DNA of 61,906 nucleotides, counting the filler, from Sphacelaria rigidula (lineage: Eukaryota): assembly GCA_964200075.2 (NCBI GenBank). It is 9 parts of 9 records of this genome, joined end to end, with 100 filler letters (N's around TTAATTAATTAA, not from the genome) between each part and the next. Parts side by side here need not be neighbours in the genome. Positions count along the whole stretch, not along the records: positions 6,892 to 13,682 come from CAXNAA020018067.1; positions 13,783 to 20,572 come from CAXNAA020018068.1; positions 20,673 to 27,461 come from CAXNAA020018069.1; 6 more parts are not named here. The stretch is one strand, 5' to 3'. A model generated the notes under the pieces. It made no database searches. It was not told the DNA's origin and saw only the letters and a program-made list of their open reading frames with translations. Made by a program: the position numbers and the translations under genes. Positions 11,966 to 23,849 of the stretch are shown here, in pieces. Numbering within the stretch: the first letter of the stretch is position 1; every line of letters begins with the position of its first letter.

Positions 11966-13255
11966 CCGCAGAAACAAATAGAGACGGCGCTAGAATACAC
12001 TAGGAAATGGAGAGTGACAGCGAACGTCAACAAATGCGCGGTACTCGTATGTAATGAAGATAGAAAAAAGCCGGCCGAATTTCAAATGGAAGTGGCGAGA
12101 AGAGAGACTACCGACCGTGGGCCAATAAACATACCTTTGCGTAGAGATCTAAAATAACTGTTCTTGGGATGCACGCATAAATAAGGCAATAGAACAGGGC
12201 AAGGCACAGATAGGCAGGGTGGACGGGATACTCAGAGACTCGCACCCAGACACTGGGATTAAGAGATGTATCCTGATGAACGTGATCGTACCAAAGCTGG
12301 AATATGCAGGAGAAGTATGGGGGGGTAACAGGAAGCCGATGGAGAACTTTGAAACAGTACAGATGACAGCAGCGACGAAAATACTTCGGTGCTTGAAAAC
12401 GACGAGTGATACAGCTTCGAGAGCAGAGTTGGGAATGTATTCACTTGAAACAAACAGAGACATGAGATAATTGAGATGGCCGTATATCGTCAAGAACATG
12501 CAGAGGAAGAGATTGCCAGCCATAGTTGATAGGGCTATATGGAAGAAAATTACGAAAGCGCAGGCTGGAATAAGGTGGGATAGAGAAGTCGAGAAAGTGT
12601 GAAGGGATATAGGAGGAAATAGGCGACGGCGCGGGGTACAAGACAAAAGTAAGGGACATGATAGAAATAAGGGGAAAAAGAGCGCTTAGACGCAAAGTAG
12701 AGGAGGAAGAACACCTGAAGATATACGGGGGGTTGAGAGAAAGGGGATAGGAATGAGAGCATATCTGCATGGCCCACTGGACGCGGCGAACTATGATCTT
12801 CGGTGGGGGACCTGGACCTACCAGAAAGAAGAAATAGATATACGAATAGTCGAGAGGAGGAGGAAGTAGATGTACAGAATTGCCCCTGTGGCAAAGCAAT
12901 AGAGAGCAGAAGTCATATAGTGGCAGAATGCAAACTACACAAGGAGGAACGGGACGTGCTAGAGGGGGAAATGCGGGACATGAACGAAGGTGGCATTAAA
13001 TCGTTTAATGCATTAGACAGTATGGGGAGGAAACGATGCTTATACTAGGAGATTGATGATGGTCACAGACGGCGGAACAGGACGGGGATAAGATATGTAA
13101 AGATTCTTGTGTAGTGTATGGAAGAAGCGTGATGAGCACCGGAATGTTGGAGGTATCTCCATTGCGGGTAGGTAGGAACGGTGCTGCGTCTCGAAAGAAA
13201 TGCGTGGTCAATGGTCACACGACTAAGGCAAGCAACGAATGAGTACGCCCCCCCC
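11966..13255 (+). mobile_element. 5'-truncated decayed non-LTR retrotransposon (LINE family A), 3' end of the RT ORF and 3' UTR
   Basis: Frameshifted fragments KWRVTANVNKCAVL (late RT), IVPKLEYAGEVW, RAELG, GDLDLPERR and CPCGKAIESRSHIVAEC (CCHC knuckle). Ends ...AATGAGTACGCCCCCCCC. Confidence 0.9.
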
Positions 13256-13829
13256 GTCGCCGCCCTGCATTGTTTGTGACGACCATTTGCTTGCTTTCGC
13301 GAGCTACAGTTAGTACACGGTGGCGTTCGAGCGATTTCTTCAACTCTGAAAAAAAATGACAACCGGAAAAGATACGACGACCAGACTGTAACAATTCCAC
13401 CGCATTTTTTCGCCTTCTTTTTTCTCTAGCAAACATGACCTTTCACGTCAAGGACATGTATACGTGTTCCCCCCCGTCCCAGGAAAAAGGTATCGCGTGA
13501 ACCACCATTGCGTAGAGCAGCCAAGTGCCCGTTCAGGAGACGACATGGGTTAGAGGGTCCCAGGGGTGGGTCGAGCACGGTGTGTTCAAATAACCTCTGT
13601 GTGCGTTGTCGTCCCATTTATTCTGGGCACCAGGCTACACCTTTCGGTGTATGTGGGTGCATCAGCCGAAGTAAAACAGGAGNNNNNNNNNNNNNNNNNN
13701 NNNNNNNNNNNNNNNNNNNNNNNNNNTTAATTAATTAANNNNNNNNNNNNNNNNNNNNNNNNNNNNNNNNNNNNNNNNNNNNGTGTGTGGGGGGGGGACG
13801 AGGGGGGGGCGGAGGGGCAGCAAACGTGT

Positions 13830-14820
13830 TTCATTGCAACTCGGTCACATCCGTCGAACAACACGTTTTTGCGACAATTATGTCGAAACTAATCCCACTT
13901 GGTTGGGTAGCTCTGAACAAACAGAAAGCTTAGAGCTCTGCGAACGTATTCGTCGAGTTCGGCGTTACCAAACACGGAGAAGAATGCTCAACTTGCTTTC
14001 GAAAATCCGGGGATAGGCCAATTTATTCCACGAATTGCCTCTTTTCCCTCTTTGGTGCCAGAAAGTGATGCATCGTGAGGCATTGTGATGCATTGCGATG
14101 CGTAAAGGTTTGTGCCGGAGGATAATATCTGAAACGTCCTGGCTCTAGGTGTTCCATTTTCGCAGCATTGTCGATTTCTGGTGATTAGGGGGCATCACTC
14201 AACGTGCGTCATCATAGTACCTTAATCGTAAAGCATGAACACCAACTTCTGGGAGATTCCTGTCGAAACGTATCTCGATGGGTTAATAAAGCAGAAAAAG
14301 AAAAATAACATTTTTGTCGAGTACGGCGTTGCCAAACACAGAATTAATGGCGAAATTAGTTCCGCAAACTAGGGGATAGGCCATTTTCATCCTTGGATTT
14401 TTTTCTTTGAAATATGAACTGCACTAGTATCATACACATTTTTACCAAAAGAGAAGGCCTGAAACGTCCCAGGTGTTCAATTTTCGTAGTCATTATCAAT
14501 TTCTGGTGAAAAATGAATGATTAGCGGGCACCACTCAACGTGCGTGATACAGTACCTTAATCACAACCGATGAGAACGAAATTTTGGGAGCTTACTATCA
14601 AAACGTACTTCGATGGGTTGAAAAAGAAAAGAAAACTTTAGTTTTTGTCGAGTACGGCGTCGCCAAACACCGACTTAATGGCGAAGTTTGTTCCGAAAAA
14701 CAGGGGATAGGCGATTTTCATCCCCGGATTGATATATATATATATATGTATATTTGAAAACGGACCGCAAAAATCTAATAGACATTTGTACAAAAGGAGA
14801 AGGTCTGAGACGTCTAAGGT
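13830..14820. repeat. Diverged tandem repeat, about 3 units of 330-365 bp
   Basis: The marker GT(A/T)CGGCGT..CCAAACAC...GGGGATAGGC recurs at 13957, 14321 and 14652. Confidence 0.85.
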
Positions 14821-15113
14821 CGCGAGAAATCAACTGCTGCATAAAGTGTACCGTAATTGAAACAGAGGGTGTTTTGGCCGCATTTTTACGTCAATAGAGT
14901 CATACTCCACATCTACTCCTGCAATGTGGTTTGATTATTTTTCAATTTTGAAAAGCTTGGGTGATAGAGGATTAAATTTTCTTTCTCCGGATACTCTGGT
15001 CATTGTTCTACGTGTCGTGGTTCCCACGAACCAGAGTTTTCCCGTCAGGCGCCTTAAGCGTACCTTAATTGGTACATTTACCTCTAATATATGTTGGCAT
15101 CGATTTCCTGACC

Positions 15114-15262
15114 GGTTCGTGGTTACTCTCTTTTCTATCCCTAGGCAAAGCCTCACGAAACAATGAACCGGGAGGTCGATCACGGTTCGTGGTTGCTCTC
15201 TCCTCTATTCCTAGGTAAAAAAGCTGAAGCTTCGCGAGTGAATGAAGCGGGAAGTCGATCAC
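15114..15262. repeat. Tandem duplication, ~70-bp unit x2
   Basis: GGTTCGTGGTT(A/G)CTCTC...CCTAGG...AATGAA.CGGGA.GTCGATCAC starts at 15114 and 15184. Confidence 0.8.
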
Positions 15263-15734
15263 GTACTTCAACACCCCCTCCACCTCAGCCACGGACAACG
15301 AAGAAAGCAGCAATGAAGCTGAACCTTGTTGAGGGTGTTTAAAGTGATTCGGCGAGCCGGTTGTTGCGTGTGATGCCTCCAACCTCCAAAAGTGCCTCCA
15401 TTGAAGTTGCGACAGTCGAGTCTAAGAAGTTCAATCAAGACTCGCTCTGGTCAAAAGGGGTCGAAATGGGGGTTTTCTCGAGTGTGCCCAGAGACAGAAG
15501 CGAAACACAACGCCATGAGCACCAATGAAGCTGAAACTTGTTTAGGGCGTCTCGATTGATGTTACAAGAGCGATGGGATGGTTTTTTTCGCGCAGCGCGG
15601 CTTCGAATCAATTCGGGGGGGAAAAGTGCGTGGTTCAGAGCTTCGTTATGAGGCTCGGACGGATAGGACAGGAAAGTTTTAAAATTTCGGTTCAGTAGAA
15701 GCCCTTTTCAGCCCTAAGAGCCTCAAAGGAAAGA

Positions 15735-16140
15735 CAGCTCGATTTTCTAAACTACGTCCACATGATTGAAATGGCTCTTGTTACCTGAGGAAGGGGGGGC
15801 TTCCCCGCCCCCCCGCCAGGTATGAAAGAACGACGACAGAGTTTTCGCAAGCGCATATAACACTGAATGTAACACTGACGGGGGAACAGAGAGTTTCTCC
15901 TTTATGAAAGTCCGCGTTTCCCACCTGAAAATCGTTTCATGTCCGTTGCTTTCTAATAAGAACGTTAAACTGTCGGTTTCTGTTCAGTTCTGTACTGATT
16001 GGCGTAGGTCAATGCCAGCAAAGTTTGGTATTGCTCTTCGACAGTATCGCCACACGTTTGGCTGGACCCAAAGCGGCTACTTTCCCTCAGGTAACAAGAA
16101 TCCTTTCAATCATGTGGACGTAGTTTAGAAAATTGAACTG
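15735..16140. repeat. Inverted repeat pair (~56-bp arms at 15735-15790 and 16085-16140)
   Basis: ATTTTCTAAACTACGTCCACATGATTGAAA.G..TCTTGTTACCTGAGG and its reverse complement. Confidence 0.85.
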
Positions 16141-19100
16141 ATTTGTTTCTACAGCTGTTGCGAAATTCGGTACATGTTGTTAGGGTGGGTCACCTCTGTT
16201 CAGACGGCAGTCAGTACAAGAAGCATTTTCGTGAGATTGATAGTAGAGGATACGATTGAGAGTGAAAAGCGGTTGATTACTGAATGAATCTTGTCAGTTT
16301 CGAAGTGCCCCTCCACGAGGCCCGATATGCTTTCTGCAGTTTCTTGCCACTGAAGCCCTTGATATCCCTGAGTAGGATGTCGATGTGTAGATGTAAGCAC
16401 GCGCCAGTGTTTCAGACAAAGAAAAGCACACACAGCATGAGAAGTTGGTCAAGTTAAAGCGGATGATCAAACCCACTTTCAATCAACGCTCTACTCTCAA
16501 TCTCACGAAAACATTGTTTATAGTGGAGCAACGAAAGCTAGCTATGATCGGGTTTGCCTGCCGTACTACCGCCAGCGTTACTTGAAAGCCACAAGATCTT
16601 TGCGCTCGGCGATTAATGGCGTGGGTGTCAAATTCAACTGTCGTGGTCTGGCCACGAGGTGATAAGGATATCACTCTCAAGGAACATACCAAGCCAGGGG
16701 TTGCACAAAGCAAACGGCTAGCTGCAATGAATAACTGCAGTCGAGTGCAGTAACTCTCCAGCTCGTGGCTCACACACTCTTGAGTCCAAATCAGCACTGC
16801 ATCATAAGGCAAAACATAGACTCGCTTTCACGTGCAGAGAAGTGCTTTTGACTTGCTTGCAAGCGAGATGTCGCCAAGTGGTGGCTGATAGCTTTTGTTA
16901 TTAGGCGCTGCTAGGTAGCTGAAAAGTTGTGAGGGACCAGGGGGCCCGGTGAAGCACGCCAAATCGGAACACAACACCAACATGCGAATGGAATAAAACC
17001 TACTGCACATACATGCCACGCTTACTTCGAAACGCCTACTACATATACAGTCGGTATACGCTCTAACACCCCCCTCCCTTGCTTTGTCCATGATGCTAAT
17101 GGAAGGTGAGGAAAATCACAGCTCAATGCACTCTGAGGGTGATTCCCTTAATTCTGTATGCCATCAGCCTAATGTCACGTCAACGAAGAGAAAACCGCAA
17201 AATTTCGGGGCTAAGATTAACCGCTGGGAAAACTCGTCATGAAATCGGAAGAATGGAAAAAACCTGGTATTCAGGAAAAAGCCTCATCGCTTGGGGGGAA
17301 AAATCTCTCACGCCCTTTCAGATCATGGTGACTGCTTTCGATGTCCCATGTCTTCCCGAGATCTCAGTTAGACTGGAGAACAGAAATCACCGAAAATAGA
17401 ATAAGCTATTTTCAGATTGTAACGGCGCTTAGACACCCCTGATTGGTTACATCAATCCTGGGTAGTGTAGGACTCGCAAAGAGCTGACCCACTAAAAACA
17501 AACCACGAAAGCGTTTACTGGTTGATGGGAGCGCTGCACGCTTTTTCTCCTATCGAACAGTACCTGCTAACCTACTGGATACTTGAGGAAAGCATCGTAG
17601 ATCACCAGTTCAGTCACGATATAGTGTCCCACCAGGTACTCGGCGCCCACCCTTTTCTACAATGCTGACGCATGAATATTTCTACATGAGAAGGGTGGAG
17701 CGTACCCAAGTCGGATCAACGTTCACCGAGGACGAAGAAATGTGATAAATGGACTGGGTACCTGAAACAAAGGGTAGGATCAGGTCGACAAAATCAAGAG
17801 CAAAGAAACGACAAATAATCTCCATGGAATGCAAGACCGGAAAATACGAAAAGAGTGGAGCAAGATCGACCCCGCGAAAACGTGAAGGGGAAAAGAGAAA
17901 GCGGAAAGTCGTGCTAAAGGAACAATCCAGGCCCGCAACAGAAAAGGGGAAAGGGAAAAAAAAGAAAATGAAACATGAAACAAAAGTAGAAATAACATAC
18001 CAGGTCTATAATACGGAGAAAAACATCATGAACCATGAAAACAAGTAAAAGAGACTGACACGAGAAAGAGGATCAGGTCCGACGAACGCAAGAGAAACAA
18101 AAACGGAAGAGACAAAAAAAACACGTGGGATCCAGACCAGAAAACCGAGCAGAGAAAGCAATTAGGGCTCAATTAGGGCTAGAGGGACAACTTCCGACTC
18201 GAGAAAAAGGAGGCAAAAGAGTTCAGACTATGTCCCAAAAATCAAAATCGAACGTTAAAAAGTGAAGAAATAAAAACGGAAACGATAACAATATATCTAA
18301 ATGAGATCATGATCAACTGGAAAACACGAGTGAAAACAATCCCAAAAAGAGTAGAAAAAATACCGAACAGCTGTCCCAATGAAAATAGAGAAACAGTACT
18401 GAACTACTGCTTATTCTTGAAAAAAAAGGAAAGAACATACAAAGCTGCTGCTCGCTTCTGTTGTGCAGCACGAAACGGTCTCCTGCGCTCTCCTTCGTAC
18501 AACAATAATGCTTTTCTCTGCTTGGTTGATGTATAGGCTCGCTTGTCTGGGCCACTTGCTGGAGCTCTTTACGTGAAGATTCCTCGTAGTCTCCATCGTC
18601 TTGTCACTCTCCAGAAGCGTCTGCCGCCGTCGAACACTTGTGCTTTCTGCTCAGCTCCGTCAAAATCCTCTCAGAATGCGAAACCTATGGGGAACAAGTT
18701 TAGAGCACCACTGCATGACAGAGGGACATGGCGTGCTCGGGCGGGATGGCATACTCGATGCCTTTGCTGGGTGGTGCAGATGTCAAAGGGCGTGGAACCC
18801 GTCCACTCGTGGAAGTGTGAGGCATTCCAGGACTCCGCTTCCTGGTAGCCACTCCGACATTGCTCCATCTTGGGCATTCCCTCGCTATTTCTAACCCGAT
18901 TTTTTTTCTGGATTTAGATTCGCGACAGCCTTTCAGGGTGAGGAGATGGGGTTCGCAGACCATCTTGCGCGTACGTATTTTGTGTCCTTGCATCACCACC
19001 TCGAGACCGCGTGCCGTCATCGATCCTTGATAATTTTCCATGTTCTAGTGCTGCAGTTTCCTACCGTTGCCATCTCGATCCGTTGAGATCTCACTCTCCG

Positions 19101-21432
19101 GATCCATCACCAGTCTTACCTCACATAGGTGCTGTTTGCGCTGTTCTATGAAAGCGTCCAGTCCTATACTCAGTTATGCTTCTTGTGAGATAGGTGCAAG
19201 TCAGCTTAGAGATGTGCGTGGTTTTGCGTCGACCCGGTAACTCGTAGAGGGAAGCAGCGTGTCAAGCAGTGTTCACTTGATTCAAAGAGCCACTGAGGCG
19301 TACTCACCCCACCTGACATCATGACTTGCAAAACTCCGACAGCATGTCCAGCAGCCATCCTCGCGTGGGAGATTTGACGCTTCGGAAAATGATGCCCTCT
19401 TTGAGTAACCTGCACAAATGGATGACTACCTCTACGCTAAATTCTTCGCATCTGTTCAGCGAATCTTTTGAGGGACATCGGAAGTTAGGCACATTCCGCA
19501 GGGGCACGGACTACCCCGTTGGCTTGTTTCGATGGCTGTGGACAACCAAATAGGAATCGGGAAGCGAGGTAAACTGCCCGGCAGATGTATGTATGTGAAT
19601 GTAACATTACCTCAATCGTTGGCAAGTTGATCACCTCGTCCCATGGGTCCCCCGCACGCCCCTACCTCATGGCCGTTCGACGACTGCTTGATCTCTTGGG
19701 CCTCCTGCAACTGCATGGCAGCACATCTTGCCTGGTATCTTTCGTCTTCGTTGACAAAAGGAAGCGGTCACGCATCGTGGATAGGGTGGCGCCTACCGCT
19801 AAAACGAGCTAACAGGCCCGCGATCATTATTTTCGGAACCGCCGGCAGCTCCTCATCATCGACTCCTAGGTATTGCTTTTTTTTTTTGTACTCAGATCGC
19901 CTCTCGCCTACCGTTTCGGCAGTCGTTTTCCCCTCAGTTCCGATGGCACCTGCTCCCGCGAAGGGTGTCTTTGCTGGCGCTCAGATTGGATGCGTTAAAG
20001 AAGGTCTGCAGAGCACGATCATTTGCCACTGTGTGCAGTTGGAGGTCTGCGAATCAACAAGGCGTTTCCCCCCTTCGGAAAGCACTTTGCCTACCTTCGT
20101 TCGTTTGCTGTGCAGATGGCCAGGACTGACATCTGTTACGAAACCTCGATCGGTGCTGTGCGGGCGATCTCGGGTCCACCACTTGGGGAGCTACGTGACG
20201 CTACTCAGCAAAAAAGTGGCGTTGATTTGCTGCGAAATAGTCTACAGTACTCGTAAACGAGTGGTAATTTTAGCTCACCGTTGTGTAGTTCTAGCTCACC
20301 GTTGATGGTGACCAGAACCTACTTCGGGTCCGTGGAAAACAGTCCAGTGTCGAGACAGCCCAGCAGAATGTCCACAAGTTCCCATGTCTCCGACTCACCC
20401 ACCCCTTTTATGTTTGTTTGATACACTTACCTTGAAAAAAGTTCGACTCAACGGTCGACGAGGGGAAGGGACTGCTGAACACCTCTCGCAATATAAAATA
20501 AAGGCAAGCACCGCAGAAGGAAGGTGGGGTACTAAAAACAAATGAAAGTTAAAAAGCGTCTGTGTTGACCTTNNNNNNNNNNNNNNNNNNNNNNNNNNNN
20601 NNNNNNNNNNNNNNNNTTAATTAATTAANNNNNNNNNNNNNNNNNNNNNNNNNNNNNNNNNNNNNNNNNNNNCCCCTTTTACGTGGGGGGCAGCACCAAC
20701 CAAAAACGAAAAAAAACAAAAAAAACCCCCCCCCCCCCCCCCCCCCCCTCCCCTCCTATCGTAGCATGGCTCCTTCGTTTCCGAATATTCACCTCCCCTG
20801 CTCTACACGCCCCGAGCGCCACATCACGGGCTGGCGCTGAGAAAGAGGATGCATGAATTTGCTCCTCATGTAATGATAAGTAATAGCATTCTCTGTGGAA
20901 GTTGGTAGTGTGAGCCTGGAGAAAACATCGGCCTAAAACAATCTTCCCTGTTGCGCGAATGATCCTGTCGACTGCTCATGAAAATTATATTACAAAAAGA
21001 TGAGTGAACAAACCAGACAAGTTAATCGAAAATATCGTATTACGACGGGCACCATCAACGCTGTGCTTGCCCGTGAACCAGCGAAAGTCGACATGCGCAT
21101 CTATAGTATGATTTTGACGCACAAGCAGTCGTCGGGGAATGACGATTGCCGTGTTCAGTTCAACATAACATAACTAGCAACCACGTCCTTCGCCAAGTGC
21201 TTTCGGTGTAGCGCAACGACCAGGAGAGCCAATATGAAAAAACAACCAGCTGCTTCATTGACATCAATTGCCTCTGTGCGAACCCGGAATCAAGTCAATC
21301 TCGATCTCATGCGCAGACCAACGCAATAAGAGCCAGCTATGCACGCTCATACATCACAACACGCACCGTATTTCGCTCACAGTGCCAGCGAAGAAACAAC
21401 TGAGAGTTCCTGGAGTCCTTTCGCTGCACGAA

Positions 21433-22766
21433 TTATTCCCCACTCAATGAAGGATGAGACAGCGCCAACTCCAGCTTGACATTCCCTTCTCCTTTACCAA
21501 CCACCATTTTCGTCTCGACCCCCGAGTGTCTCGATACTGTCGGTGAAACTATACGATGCCGCTTGGGGCCTCGCTGACTGGTGGAACAGCAATCAGCACT
21601 GCGGCAGTCGCTCGAGGATGGAACAGACCACCCACTGGTCCTTTCCCCACTGCGCACGGGAGTGTGACGAGAGACAACCAGCTCTAGCTTCATGTCCGCC
21701 TCCTTCTTGGAAGTATCATCGTTCCCCGCGGCCGGTTTCCCTGAGGCTCCTGGAAGCACCGAGGCGGCGGGGCTGCAGTTTTCACGTACTACACGACGAG
21801 GACCAACGGCACTAGTTGCATCGAAACCAACGCCGGTACATTCTTCAAGGCTTGATTCTCGTCCGTGGATAGCGTTCGTAACTCCACTCTCGCCTGAGTC
21901 ATGAGTTGAGAGGGGCGCTTTATGGCCGAACGTGGACGTAGTGGGCATAGCAGCCATGTCGACAGCATGCTCGCGGCAGAAAGTCGTCTTGCTTTCACCC
22001 TCCAGATCGCGCATGATGTACTTGGAGCAGCCCTCCTGGCCGCACCTCTTGCTCTCGACATCCATTATGGCCCTGCCAGCATGTTGAGCACCGAATTTCC
22101 CCCGCCTGCTGCCTACCGTACCGTTTGATGGCTTTGAGAAGCCCTCCTGGCCGCGCCTTTTCTTCACGACATTCACCATGCCCGCGACAGCATGTTGAGC
22201 GCAGAAATCAGCCCGCCTGCTGCCTTTCGCACCGTATGACGGCTTGTTGAAGCAGCCCTCCTGGCCGCACCTCTTGTTTACGACATCCACCATGCCTGCG
22301 CCAGCATGTTGAGCGCAGTACTCCGCCCGCTGCTGCCTATCGCACCGAATGACGGCCATTTTGAGCAGCCCTCCTAGCCACACCTCCTGTTCACTACATT
22401 CACCATGCCCGCGCCAACATGTTGAGCGCAGAATTCCGCCTGCCTGCTGCCATTCGCACCGTAGGACGCTAATTTCGAGCAGCTCTCCTGGCCGCATCTC
22501 CTGCTTATGACGTCTACCATGCCCGCGCCAGCATGTTGAGCACATAATTCAGCCCACCTGCTACCTACCGTACCGTATGACGGCTTTTTGGAGCAGCCGT
22601 CCTGGCCGCACGTCCTGCTCGTGACGATTAGCATGCCCGTGCTGTCTACCGTAACGTCTGGCGGTCGCTTCGAGCAACCTTCCATGCCTAACGTCTCACT
22701 CAAGACACCCAACATGCCCGCGCTAGCATGTTGAGGACAAATATTCCCACTCGGACAACCAGCCAC
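21433..22766 (-). pseudogene. EsV-1-7-type cysteine-rich repeat gene, disrupted
   Basis: About six 38-aa (114-nt) repeats, consensus RCGQEGCSKxPSYGxxGSRRAEFCAQHAxAGMVDVxx, followed by a low-complexity C-terminus. There is an in-frame TAG at 22374-22376 where other units have CAG, and a 1-nt deletion near 22330 (unit spacing 113 instead of 114). Confidence 0.85.
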
Positions 22767-23849
22767 ACCACAGGAGGGCTCTATTGAGCACTTTACGGCG
22801 GAGCACTCGAGAGGTATCCCCTATACAGGGCAAGGAAGGAGTCGAAGTTCACACACGTCTTGTTGGCCGCAGAAATCCGCTCCGTCAGATCCGCTCCATG
22901 ATCAGGAGCTTACCAACTGTAGTTCAGAAGTTTGTTCCAAGCAAGGAGAGAAAGTCGGTCATTTAGCAGGGCGATACATACGGTGTGAGCTTTTGCTCAC
23001 TTGTTCGGTGCAATCAAGAGAGGGGAGCACATTTACATGTCCTCAGGTCGTCGACAGAAGCACCATCAGTACGGTTGGTCACAGTGAGCATCACCGCAGG
23101 TGCTAGAAAGTTCGGAAGCAGGCCGCATCTTGAGCTCAAGAACGGCTTTCCCGCCCACCGCCGGCAACAAATGGACCATACGTAAGAGTAGTCAATTTGA
23201 AACGTTGAAGAAAAGGTCAGAGAGTTCGAAGAGGACAGATTTCCTACCGGTTACCCTGCTGCTCGAGAAAGGGGTGAAACAGGGTTCAAACCGTGGAAAC
23301 TGCAGGTATCTACGCGGGAGCAATGCAACGATAGGGGTTGCACTTTTTGTTTGTGGGTCTCGTTTTAGTAGGAGCCCAGCTATATGGGGTTCACTTGGCA
23401 ACCCAAATCTCCGTGGACAGGACATGGAGATGCACACAGAGGCCTCTTTGTGAATCGGCATCATTTTAAGTCTTTTTTATTCCCAGAATGATCCGTGCAA
23501 CACCCCGAGTAACATTTTCGCTCAAAAAATGCAACCTTACCGTAGCATCACTCCGGGGTGAATTTCAATGGACTTGCAAGATATCGCAAAAATGTGATCG
23601 TCAGAATTGAGTGTTGGGTTAGTCTTATCAACAGGGTGGGTCGATTCCGGTTTTACCTGTTTATGAGGGTTGTCTTACCTTCATGTTTTCCCGAAAAAAG
23701 CGAGTGAGAGAGGGAACATAACGCATACGCGATGTGTCTACAGTTGCGTGTGAGGATGTATAGGGTCCCCGGTTCACCATGGGAAGATGACGCGAGGAGA
23801 CTTTCGTGCCGCCGTTCAGTACAAATCTGCTCTCGTGCAGTGTAGAGCC

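Noticed and set aside
16200-20330. Possible decayed LTR-retrotransposon coding sequence on contig 3
   Set aside because: Composition is coding-like in places, but I could not identify any gag, protease, RT, RNase H or integrase motif, nor LTR/PBS boundaries.
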